From the IMG/VR virus record IMGVR_UViG_2675903231_000002: a DNA stretch of 64,000 bases; one strand, written 5' to 3'. Of this stretch, positions 8,831 through 17,576 are shown in pieces. Position numbers and translations under genes: made by a program. Below the pieces are notes generated by a model. It saw only the letters and a list, made by a program, of their open reading frames with translations, ran no database searches and was not told the origin of the DNA. The DNA is from an uncultured virus (IMG/VR IMGVR_UViG_2675903231_000002) (taxonomy: Duplodnaviria; Heunggongvirae; Uroviricota; Caudoviricetes). How positions within the stretch are numbered: the stretch's first letter is position 1; the number at the start of each line of letters is the position of its first letter.

Positions 8831-9244
8831 ACCACAAGTGAAAAATCTATAGACTTAGAAAAATAGACTTAGAAAAATGCCGATTCCAGCAGCTAAGATG
8901 CTGACTTCATTACGCACCTTTGGCGGAGCCCAGAAGAGCACCAATTGCGCCGCCAGATCGAACCCCAAGCCAAAGATGAGCGCGATTAGTACCATCTTTA
9001 CTATCTGCATACATCAACATCCTCCCGCACTCAGTTTCGAGTCGTTCGTCATCTCGTCTTATCCTCGATGTCATTGTATCGTGTAATACGAACATAATAC
9101 GAGCGTAATACACACGTTATATCTGATTGTTCTGGCGAAATTTCCGTTTAAGATAATCTCCGTTTCTGCATTTGCATCTCTCCCGATTCTCCCCGCTTGG
9201 CCGCCGGGGAGACTGATTTTTCCCCGCGGCTGGGGATCGGGAAA

Positions 9245-9690
9245 ATAAAAAGGCAAGCGCTAAAAGGCATCTCGACACTTGGATTGATCCAAGAATCCAG
9301 ACGCTTGAAGCGCTTGCCCTTTAACTGCCTTCGGCTTACGCCGTCCAGCGGATTCCCTACTACATCTTTGCGACTTCCTTCACCCCGTCACCGGTCGCAT
9401 TCGGATGATCAACGGGGGATCCAACATCTGTCCCCGGATACCGTCTCGTTCAGTGAGACTGGCTGCTTCGTATTCGGGTAATCCCATCGACCTGATTGCC
9501 AAGGTGGTGATGGGAAGATGATAATGCGTCACAGACTAAAGCGACCTCGCAGAGCGCCCCGACTCGACAGTTGCTGGACCTTTCCAGGAAAGTGGCGCGC
9601 CTTTCCATCGCTCACTTAGTGAGGATCCAGAACTCCGGCACTCACCCTCTTAGGGGCTACAACGTGCCTTCAAACATCTTCTGAGTACAA
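9245..9690 (-). ncRNA. Candidate large structured ncRNA (about 440 nt)
   Basis: No credible ORF; TTGCGC-17-TATGAT promoter at 9723-9695; many short hairpins; closing stem followed by a U-tract. Confidence 0.4.
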
Positions 9691-9847
9691 GGCTATCATA
9701 CTTCAGAATTATCTCAAGCGCAAAACATCTGAGGAAAAATTGACGCTTTGATAACAAAAGTAGGGTGAGATACCCACGAATCTTTGATGGCGAGGGCATT
9801 TCTTCTGAGAAAGATATATCATGATAGTTGATCCTACACGGTCCTGG

Positions 9848-10046
9848 GTTGCATCAGAACAACCATCTCACGGAAAGCCCAATCGAGGATTTGTTGTCAT
9901 ATTGCGGGGCCGCTTGTCAAGAAATCCGTATCAAGCATTCGAGCGAAAAAACATTTATAGCATTTGTTTTCATATGTACGGGACTCATTGGTCATCGGGA
10001 GGCAGTAACCACTGCATCAGAAAACCCAGTTAGGACTTGTATCTTG
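9848..10046 (+). CRISPR. Degenerate 3-repeat mini-array in opposite orientation to array 1
   Basis: GTTGCATCAGAA...GAGGATTTGTTGTCAT (9848-9900), ...TTTGTTTTCAT (9937-9973), ACTGCATCAGAAAACCCAGTTAGGACTTGT (10011-); 36- and 37-bp gaps. Confidence 0.55.
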
Positions 10047-10075
10047 GCTCGGGAAACCGAATGGCTGAACATCAT

Positions 10076-10235
10076 CAGTCTATCCCGGCGTGGAGACCCC
10101 TGCCTTTAGGTATGAGGAGGAAGCGCCGCCATCAGCAGTGGCATGGCTGCTACCGGCGGGCTGCTGTCAGCCAGCCTATCGTGCCAGCTGTAAGGCTAGG
10201 TGCAAGCCCCGCCCTTAAGGACTGGGGTAGCTTAC
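10076..10235 (+). mobile_element. Non-autonomous miniature IS200/IS605 derivative (PATE-like): left end fused to the tnpB 3' end and right end
   Basis: Near-identical to the reverse complement of 18790-18847 (left end) joined to 17577-17679 (tnpB 3' end and right end). Confidence 0.9.
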
Positions 10236-10288
10236 GTCGTTTTCTGGTGCAACAAGCAGGGCAATGAAATCCTTCACAACGGCCAAAG

Positions 10289-10757
10289 ATGACAACAAAT
10301 CCTCACGTAAGTTTTCTGATGCAACCCGGCGAAGGGTGGGAAAACCGGTGAGAGTAGCGAAATGGAAACAAGTTGTAACACAGGTTTTCTGATGCAACAT
10401 CGCATGATGCAACACCTTGGCCGCCCGTACATCGCATGGAAACAAGTTCTCACATAGATTTTCTGATGAAACAATCCGGGCGGTCAGTGGCTCTGGGAAG
10501 GCGATGGAAACAAGTTCTCAAGGTAGATTTTCTGATGCAATGTTGGCTGAAGACATCACCCATGTTCAAGCCGAGCTATGTAAACAAGTCCTCAAGTAGA
10601 TTTTCTGATGCAACGAGCGTCAGCCTATCGCACAGTATGAGCTCACTTTTATGTAAACAAGTCCTCGTGTAGATTTTCTGATGCAACAAGGTCATCGGTC
10701 CCGGATAGGCAGGTCTCAAGCATGTAAACAAGTCCTCATGTAGATTTTCTGTGCAAC
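10289..10757 (-). CRISPR. CRISPR array 1: 7 repeats of about 37 bp, 6 spacers of 31-37 bp, plus one older interrupted repeat ending at 10253
   Basis: Plus-strand consensus ATG(G/T)AAACAAGT(T/C)CTCAnnTAGATTTTCTGATGCAAC at 10289, 10362, 10436, 10504, 10578, 10651, 10722; directly downstream of cas6; strand inferred from cas orientation and the decay gradient. Confidence 0.92.
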
Positions 10758-10777
10758 CCTTCGTTTACGATTACGTA

Positions 10778-11605
10778 TTAGACCTCATATTCCCAGAGTT
10801 GCGTCGTATCGGATTGACACCATGCCTCCGTGTGGACAGCCCCGCCAGCGCTGAGTTGGATGCAACGCTCCCACAGTGTGCCCCATCCCCAAGTGGTTCC
10901 GGAAGCTATCCCCCATAGTGTAGCCATCTGAAGCCACACGTGACCATCTGCCACTACATCCGGCCGACCGTGATACATGACTTGGCCCACGAATCCATGA
11001 CATTCGAGTTTGTACCCCTGACGATTTGTATGTGACGTCTGCATTACAGACCCATACTGCATGCCAGGAACCAGTGAAGACTCGTCATACCAGATGAAGC
11101 TGTTGGGTGCCAGCTTCAGCGAGAACCACTCTCGTGCCATGGTGGAGAACTTCTGTCGCGTTAGTGGGATGAGCACATCCATGCGCGGCGGTTGGCGAAA
11201 GCTGAAACGGATATTCTTGCGCGCCAGGTACTTCAGTGTGTTCTCGGCGTAATAGACGGGCGTGATGAACTGCACGTACAGTGTGTCTCCTTCCGCCTCC
11301 TCGTAACGGACAGAGACGTGTTCCGCCTCCGGGTATGCGAATCGCACAACGCTTTGCATCTCTTCATCTACCGCAGGCACCCATGCGATTCGCACGTGTT
11401 GCCCATCCAGGTCAGGAAAGACACGATATGGGCTGGTCTTTCGCACGCGATTGTCCCACCAAGCGGGCATTCCTGCCGGCCGGCGGGCCAACAGGTCACC
11501 TATCTTGGATCTAACCAGACCCGCATCTGTTCCAGGAATTCGAACCACCTTTGTTTCGACCATCATTTTCTGAACAGCCTCTTTTGGGCTGAGCGTGTCA
11601 AGCAT
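10778..11605 (-). CDS. cas6: Cas6-like crRNA processing endoribonuclease
   Basis: 'VQFITPV', 'GFVGQVMY' and C-terminal G-rich loop 'WGIASGTTWGWG'; ATG overlaps the recD stop; adjacent to array. Confidence 0.75.
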   Translation of the reverse strand: MLDTLSPKEAVQKMMVETKVVRIPGTDAGLVRSKIGDLLARRPAGMPAWWDNRVRKTSPYRVFPDLDGQHVRIAWVPAVDEEMQSVVRFAYPEAEHVSVRYEEAEGDTLYVQFITPVYYAENTLKYLARKNIRFSFRQPPRMDVLIPLTRQKFSTMAREWFSLKLAPNSFIWYDESSLVPGMQYGSVMQTSHTNRQGYKLECHGFVGQVMYHGRPDVVADGHVWLQMATLWGIASGTTWGWGTLWERCIQLSAGGAVHTEAWCQSDTTQLWEYEV

Positions 11606-13637
11606 TCTGCGCTTCCTCCTCCCACACGACGGCCGCCGGTGCAAGGACTGCACCTGCCTGTTGAATCGTTCGCTCAAGTGCGGCGTTGAGGCGACGTGTA
11701 AGACGATTGTCGATTGGCGGAACCTTGGCTTCTCGCACCTGGCGTACCATTTCATCCGGGTTTTTTGCCATCACCGTCAGACTCGTCTTGGCCCGGGTTA
11801 AAGCCGTGTACAAAAGCCGCGGATCCTCATATGCCTCTGGCATCACGACAAGAACGTGGGCTCGTTCAGCGCCTTGCGCCTTGTGGATGGTGAGTGCATA
11901 TGCTAGAGACCATTCATCAATGGCTTCCATCTCGTCCAATGTGGTTTCGGTGTCATCGTCAAATCGGGCCGTGATGACGCCATCATCGACGCTTACAATG
12001 ACACCCATCTCACCGTTTTTTCGACCAGTGGTGTAGTTGGGAGCGTTCTGCACGATGCGCAAGCCCGGGCGCCATTTGACGTCGCCGCCGAGAAACCAGC
12101 TATTGATCTGCTGTTGACCAATGGTCCGCGTCTCCGTCGCATCCCGGAACGGCGTCAGAATCAGCCAATCAGTCGCATCAAGACCGCCATGTTCCTCCAC
12201 CCACTGCATGATCTTCTGCCGCCAATGCTCTTCGGAGTCTGTCTCAATGGCAATCGCATTTATTACCGGCGGATGCCATGTCCATGGCTGGTCGATGTCC
12301 CAAAACCGGTGCGCCACTTCAGCTAATGAGCCAGCTGAACGATGAGGAACCGACAGCGTTCTGGAGGCTCTTGATACGATTGGATGAGTCAGACAGGTCC
12401 GGAATGGCTGACCGAATCCGACAGGTGGCAGTTGATTCGCGTCCCCGATGAAGACCACACGCAGATTGTGGTGTGTGAGTGTGGACCACACAATCGCGTG
12501 GAAGGTTTGCAGGTCGCACATGCTGGCCTCGTCAACCACTATCCATTGGTCCTGTCCGGAGGCCGGGAACGACCCTTTCTCCACACGTGACGAATGGTTA
12601 AATAGAGCATACGCGGAGTGAATGGTGAACGCCTGAATATCTGCCACGTCACGCAAGCGCTTGGCGGCAAGGCCCGTTGGTGCAAGACCGGTAACGGCAT
12701 CGTTCATACCGAGCTTGCGGGTCGTGTCTGCCAAGGCCTTCACTAATGTGGTTTTGCCCGTCCCGGGCCCGCCTGTGACCATGGTCAAGGGCTGTGTCCA
12801 CATGGCTGCCAGGGCTTCCTCTTGTGAGGTGTCTAGCGCCAATTCACTGACCAGCGAGGACCAATTTTGCGGCAACGAAAACGAGGGCCTGCGTATGTGC
12901 TCCGCCAAGGCCTCCGCGATCTGAATTTCTGACCAGTAGGCCCACTGTGGGTACAGGCGCAGTTTTCCGCCAACTTCCTGGTGAACTGCGGGAAACGGCG
13001 TGTCGAGTCGTTTGTCAGACGGATAAATCGCCCTCCAGTTCTCAACGAGTCGGCGCGCGTATTCTTCTGCTTTGCCGTTGTGCCGGCCGAGGTACCGGGC
13101 GGCCAATTGCACGGCGGCGCTGGATTTGGCGATGCGGATCACGGAATTCCCCGATTGCCACACGTGCCCGCATGCAGCAACGAAAAATCCTCGAATCCGC
13201 TTCTCTTCCAAGCGTGTCTCGTGAGCGTACTTGGCGTCGATGATCGCCAACTCAGGCAGAGACAAGGCTTGGCCGAGTACATATGGGTTCGTCTGAATTT
13301 CCTCCACACAATGCTGTATTGACGTAGCGTGATTGTGTGCAATCTCCTCGACGGCGTTGAGCAGAGTCCCGTATGGAATGCCCGTTGATAATACCTCGTT
13401 CAAGTGTTCGTGGATGAGCCCGTGGATTTGGTTGCGGCACCACCGCGCGGTCCACTTTCGAACGGAATCAGGGATGTCCAACGGTGCATTGAGCACCCAC
13501 TGAGGAGTGGGAAACGACATGTCTTGTGTCAATGCACCTTCTTCTCTCGCTTTCATGACCGCGGCCAAAAAAATGCGTCCGTAAGGGTGCTTGTCCAGTT
13601 CCGACATCCAGTTCGACGAACCGGAGGACTTTTTCAC
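11598..13637 (-). CDS. recD: RecD/RecD2-like SF1B helicase associated with type IV Cas genes
   Basis: GGPGTGKT, LAPTGLAA, VVDEASM, IGDANQLPPV, AYALTIHKAQG, LLYTALTRA; GTG overlaps the csf3 stop. Confidence 0.92.
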   Translation of the reverse strand: MKKSSGSSNWMSELDKHPYGRIFLAAVMKAREEGALTQDMSFPTPQWVLNAPLDIPDSVRKWTARWCRNQIHGLIHEHLNEVLSTGIPYGTLLNAVEEIAHNHATSIQHCVEEIQTNPYVLGQALSLPELAIIDAKYAHETRLEEKRIRGFFVAACGHVWQSGNSVIRIAKSSAAVQLAARYLGRHNGKAEEYARRLVENWRAIYPSDKRLDTPFPAVHQEVGGKLRLYPQWAYWSEIQIAEALAEHIRRPSFSLPQNWSSLVSELALDTSQEEALAAMWTQPLTMVTGGPGTGKTTLVKALADTTRKLGMNDAVTGLAPTGLAAKRLRDVADIQAFTIHSAYALFNHSSRVEKGSFPASGQDQWIVVDEASMCDLQTFHAIVWSTLTHHNLRVVFIGDANQLPPVGFGQPFRTCLTHPIVSRASRTLSVPHRSAGSLAEVAHRFWDIDQPWTWHPPVINAIAIETDSEEHWRQKIMQWVEEHGGLDATDWLILTPFRDATETRTIGQQQINSWFLGGDVKWRPGLRIVQNAPNYTTGRKNGEMGVIVSVDDGVITARFDDDTETTLDEMEAIDEWSLAYALTIHKAQGAERAHVLVVMPEAYEDPRLLYTALTRAKTSLTVMAKNPDEMVRQVREAKVPPIDNRLTRRLNAALERTIQQAGAVLAPAAVVWEEEAQNA

Positions 13638-14305
13638 TCTGATTCCCTCCATACAGCGTCGTAACTGCGTACTCGGCACAGTACGGGCTCGTGATGGAAA
13701 TACGGTGGCTCGATGGCGTGGGCGTCAAGGATTCCTCGGAACCCGTTCTCTCTTGCATAAGATTCTGGAACGGGTCGGAGAACAAGACTGTCAACGCCAG
13801 CGATTGCGGAGTTGAGATCCGGCCGGCGTCGCAAGATTGCTCTGGCGATCCGGCCCATCCCACGCTGTCCCTTTTGCCCCACGTACATACCAGGAAGTCT
13901 CTGCGCTAGGCGAGCGAACTCGTCCACTTGCTCAGCGTCCACATCGACGAAGAAGTACAGGAGCGGGACAGACAGGTACGTGTATCGTACCATGGCACCG
14001 CGGAGAATCCCTGAGCTGGTCTCAATGGGTTTGAAAAACCACGGGGTGCCCTTGAAAACCGCTTCTTCCCCAGTTTCCATGGTTGGTGCAAAGAGTGCTG
14101 ACACCGCCCAGAACTGGCCATCTTGAGACTCGAAACGTCTCACTGGCAAGGAGATTGGTTCCCATTGGTCCGGATCGCGCCGGTTTGCCGCGTCCGGATA
14201 CAGTTCCCGCGCACGTGCTGCGAATAAGAGTGCGTCTCCCATCAAAACGCCCCTGCGCGGCAGGAAGACTGGTGCCTCCAAAAAGAGGCGGACCTCGAGG
14301 ATCAC
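13634..14305 (-). CDS. csf3: Type IV Cas5-like RAMP
   Basis: RAMP N-terminal strand, 'GQKGQRGMGRI' G-loop, 'LRPVP', 'PPYF'; position after csf2. Confidence 0.8.
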   Translation of the reverse strand: MILEVRLFLEAPVFLPRRGVLMGDALLFAARARELYPDAANRRDPDQWEPISLPVRRFESQDGQFWAVSALFAPTMETGEEAVFKGTPWFFKPIETSSGILRGAMVRYTYLSVPLLYFFVDVDAEQVDEFARLAQRLPGMYVGQKGQRGMGRIARAILRRRPDLNSAIAGVDSLVLRPVPESYARENGFRGILDAHAIEPPYFHHEPVLCRVRSYDAVWRESE

Positions 14306-15234
14306 GACACGGACACTTCCTTCATGGCGACGTAGAACGGCTCCTTATGGGTCAGGAGGAAGTGCAGCATGTCCCTGTTTTGTCTGACATACTCTGTGAA
14401 CATTGACGGATCCAGACGTTCATCTTCCGGAATTCGTTCCCAGGACACGAGGCCAAATCCGCTCTTGGATTTGCCGCCGAAAAACGGCCGGTTGCGAAGC
14501 CGCTCAATTGCCAAACCCATCATGCTCCAATCCATGGGCGTTGCATTGTCGTGGAGCGTGAAACGCACGACAAACGGATAACCAGGCAGCACATATCCGT
14601 GAGTTACCGGCATGTTGCGGAATGGGTTCTTTTTGCCCTCTTGGTCATCAGACACCACTTCAGGCAGTCCGATGAGGGAAGGCATTTCCGGCATGCGATA
14701 GGTTGTCCAAGCACCGTTGTTGGTGAAGCTGTCCTTCAGTGCAAAGTCCTCAAACCAATCGTCCGGGAGCGTGGGAAAGAGAACTCGTAGCTCGTTTGAA
14801 GCCGGATATGCGTGTCCCAGGGCGCACCGACTGGTAATAAATTGACCTCCAACGACACCACCTAGCAGACCAAACATCGGCAGCAGCTGCTTAACCTTCT
14901 CCACATCATCCAACGACAGACGCACCTCGTTTGTGATGAGCACCCCGCCACTGGTAAGCGTGTGGTACGTGATCTTCTGGCCGCGCGTTCCATGTCCGTA
15001 GAAGGACACAGGATCGATCCCCAGTTCCTCAAAGAGATACCCGGCCAACTCCCGGCGAATACGGCCGCCGAAGCTGTTGCCGGAGAGCACCGGAGCCTCC
15101 ACGGGCGCTTCCTCACCCGTGTACACTTTGAGGGTTCTCAGTATTCCGCGGGACTCACCTTCCTCTCGCCGCGATTCAATCGATTGGAACAAGGGGGTGA
15201 GAGTGCGAAAACGCAGGTACAGATCACTCGGCAT
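14302..15234 (-). CDS. csf2: Type IV Cas7-like backbone RAMP
   Basis: 'TLTPLFQ', 'PVLSGNSFGGRIRR', 'LTSGG', 'FGLLGG', 'GGKSKSGFG'. Confidence 0.85.
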   Translation of the reverse strand: MPSDLYLRFRTLTPLFQSIESRREEGESRGILRTLKVYTGEEAPVEAPVLSGNSFGGRIRRELAGYLFEELGIDPVSFYGHGTRGQKITYHTLTSGGVLITNEVRLSLDDVEKVKQLLPMFGLLGGVVGGQFITSRCALGHAYPASNELRVLFPTLPDDWFEDFALKDSFTNNGAWTTYRMPEMPSLIGLPEVVSDDQEGKKNPFRNMPVTHGYVLPGYPFVVRFTLHDNATPMDWSMMGLAIERLRNRPFFGGKSKSGFGLVSWERIPEDERLDPSMFTEYVRQNRDMLHFLLTHKEPFYVAMKEVSVS

Positions 15235-15937
15235 GGGATTCCATCTCCTTTTTCCGGTGTGTCATGATAATGGCCCGAGTCCAATCTCTTAGTGCTTCCT
15301 CTAACGGTTCGAGAATGGGATCGAGCGTACTGCGGATCTCCTTTGGCTTGGGGTACCCATTGATGCGCCAGTCATTTTCGAGCGCCGCAACGCGCTCCGC
15401 GATATCTGCTGGCGCGTACATTGGCTTGGAACGCCAAACAATGATCCAATTCGGATCGTAACAAACTTTCCCACGGAAGATGGTGTGCTTTTGCTTGTAC
15501 GATCCTTCGACCGCGACAGCCAAGAGCGGGCGAATGCGAGGAATCCTGTACCACGGAAGCTCATATGTGTCCCACGGGAAGAACGAGGTGAAATCCTCAC
15601 CTTTTGTGCCATATGCGAGGAAGCTCCACGCATTTGGTGCATTCTGCAGTCCAAATGTGAACATGAGTGCGCATGACTCACACAACCAGGGCGACATGAC
15701 TGGGAAGTAGTCATGGTCAGTAAATGTGGTCAGCAATATGTCACTTCGTGCATACGCTTGTCGTACGCGACGAGTGCAAAAGGAACACCGGGCGTCCACA
15801 TCGTGAGGGGGATGGTCGATCTTCCAGTCGGTACGAGTTTTAACGTGTTCGGCAAACAGGTCGGAAAGAAAAATCAATTTTCCACCTTCTCTGCATGTTC
15901 TATCGCAAGTTTGGGGAAGCGCTGTTCCCTGCGTCAT
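15224..15937 (-). CDS. csf1: Type IV Cas8-like large subunit
   Basis: Zn-binding CSFC...CESC pairs and 'KQKHTIF' motif; first gene of the csf operon. Confidence 0.75.
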   Translation of the reverse strand: MTQGTALPQTCDRTCREGGKLIFLSDLFAEHVKTRTDWKIDHPPHDVDARCSFCTRRVRQAYARSDILLTTFTDHDYFPVMSPWLCESCALMFTFGLQNAPNAWSFLAYGTKGEDFTSFFPWDTYELPWYRIPRIRPLLAVAVEGSYKQKHTIFRGKVCYDPNWIIVWRSKPMYAPADIAERVAALENDWRINGYPKPKEIRSTLDPILEPLEEALRDWTRAIIMTHRKKEMESHAE

Positions 15938-16133
15938 TTCGTTTCCTGCTGTAATTGGTGGAGTCTAAGTTTGCGGTACATTTGTGTTGCGGTAGCTACA
16001 ATTATCCAAGCCCGACTACTTAGTAGGTGGCCTTTGGTATCCATTGAAAATCCCTCCCGCTTGGTTTGAACATAGCACAATTCTATATGGCTCACTGTTC
16101 GACTTCTTGTCGAAGTGCTTTTCTTTCGGGCAA

Positions 16134-16457
16134 TTAACGTTTATAGTCCTTTTCGGTCACATCAGTGCATCGTTTCGGGCACCGGTTGGACGTTATGTCG
16201 GGCATCGGTGGGATGTCAAGTTCGTATTCTGCGTGTTCAATTAACCATCGCCCATAAAACACCTTGGCAAGTCCAATGACCGCAAGAGCGACGATCAGGT
16301 AGAATAACCATTCGCGCAGAGACAGAAGGCTATGAAACGTAAGCATACCCAACCACAGGATAGCAATCAGTGTGGCGCCGAAAATACGGAGAATTCCACC
16401 TTTAATTTGGCGTTTTCCATCTTTGACTTGGTCTTCGTCGAGGACTCGCTTAATCAC
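16134..16457 (-). CDS. small membrane protein
   Basis: Two hydrophobic segments; GGAGG RBS. Confidence 0.55.
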   Translation of the reverse strand: MIKRVLDEDQVKDGKRQIKGGILRIFGATLIAILWLGMLTFHSLLSLREWLFYLIVALAVIGLAKVFYGRWLIEHAEYELDIPPMPDITSNRCPKRCTDVTEKDYKR

Positions 16458-16528
16458 CGTGGTACCTCCCCACTGTTCACGAGTGACTCGTAGTGACTAA
16501 CTGGGTATACTGAAAGTATACCAGTTCC

Positions 16529-17224
16529 GTGGGGGCGTCGAGTATGTTTCTCTACCGGTCGAGGGTGAAAGGTAGGGACTATGTTCAAATCTGTCGCTCT
16601 GAACGTTTGGAGGGGCGTACAAAGCGCCGGTACGTGGCTGCATTGGGATCAGTCCCGACGGCGTTAGAGGAAGTCACTCGGGCCCTGAACGGCGAAGAGC
16701 CGGTCAAAGACATTCTGCGTCAGGTCGAACGCACCCGGCTGCTGGAGTGGAAAACACGTTTGGAGAACTGGCTGGCGCCGGGAGTGACCAATTCGGCCGG
16801 CTTTCCGGTCCAATCCAATACGAACATCTCTCACCTGCTCGAGCGAGAAGGAAGCGGTAAGCACGTATCACCAGACATCCTGATGTACTGGCTTCAGGTA
16901 TCCCAATCCTCCTTGGGAAGGGCATCTAAGAGAGCGCCAGTCAGAATCCGCATGTTTGAACACGATTACCCTATCGGCCGGTGGATAGAGACTGCAAATA
17001 GGGTGCGCGTGGAGTACACGTGCAATAAACCGTACTTGGACATCGACGGACACGAGTATCCGATACACGTTGTCCTGGTAGTGACTAATCTGCGTGAGAA
17101 GCCCTATTTTGTCCGTTTCAGCGTGGTCTGCGCTGATGGAACAAGGATTGAAATCATCCGGAGGTCGAAGTTCAAGAAAGACCTTGCACCAGAAGTGAAG
17201 CGGTGGAAGCTCGATAACGCATAA
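16529..17224 (+). CDS. hypothetical protein (basic N-terminus, possible DNA binding)
   Basis: 231-aa ORF; palindrome ctgggtatac-tgaaa-gtataccag just upstream. Confidence 0.5.
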   Translation: MGASSMFLYRSRVKGRDYVQICRSERLEGRTKRRYVAALGSVPTALEEVTRALNGEEPVKDILRQVERTRLLEWKTRLENWLAPGVTNSAGFPVQSNTNISHLLEREGSGKHVSPDILMYWLQVSQSSLGRASKRAPVRIRMFEHDYPIGRWIETANRVRVEYTCNKPYLDIDGHEYPIHVVLVVTNLREKPYFVRFSVVCADGTRIEIIRRSKFKKDLAPEVKRWKLDNA

Positions 17225-17273
17225 TACGGGCTGATTCCACTCGGGTACATACCCACACTTGATATCGTTCGTG

Positions 17274-17543
17274 TCATCGTAATCGTTCCGCTTCGACCTT
17301 TCGAAGGTATTTCAACAGCACCGTGCCATGCCATCCTCCCTGGTCCCAATTGATATAGGCACTCTTCCCTGTTAGGGACAGTCCGTCTATGGTGCCGCGC
17401 CCCCATTCCGGGTGCAGTCTGTGGACCACACGGTCGCCTTCTTTGAATGGCGGCGTCTCAAAGTACGCTGCAATCCTTGCTCGCAGCTCCTCGGTAAGGC
17501 CTTCTTCATGAACCCGACGCAATAGTTTCTCTGCTTCAGTCAT
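17274..17543 (-). CDS. small SH3-like (DUF3553-type) protein
   Basis: 'FKEGDRVVHRLHPEWGRGTI'; AAGGAGG RBS. Confidence 0.55.
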   Translation of the reverse strand: MTEAEKLLRRVHEEGLTEELRARIAAYFETPPFKEGDRVVHRLHPEWGRGTIDGLSLTGKSAYINWDQGGWHGTVLLKYLRKVEAERLR

Positions 17544-17576
17544 GTCTCATGATCCTCCTTTATCCTGCGAAATTAC

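Noticed and set aside
10473..10503. Spacer reading IRAVSGSGK as a match to the local UvrD or VirB4 Walker A
   Set aside because: The nucleotide sequence does not match either gene in this window. I saw no convincing spacer self-match by eye, but a real search is needed.
9821..10672. Short ORFs across the arrays (also 58005-58716)
   Set aside because: They are translations of repeat-spacer DNA.
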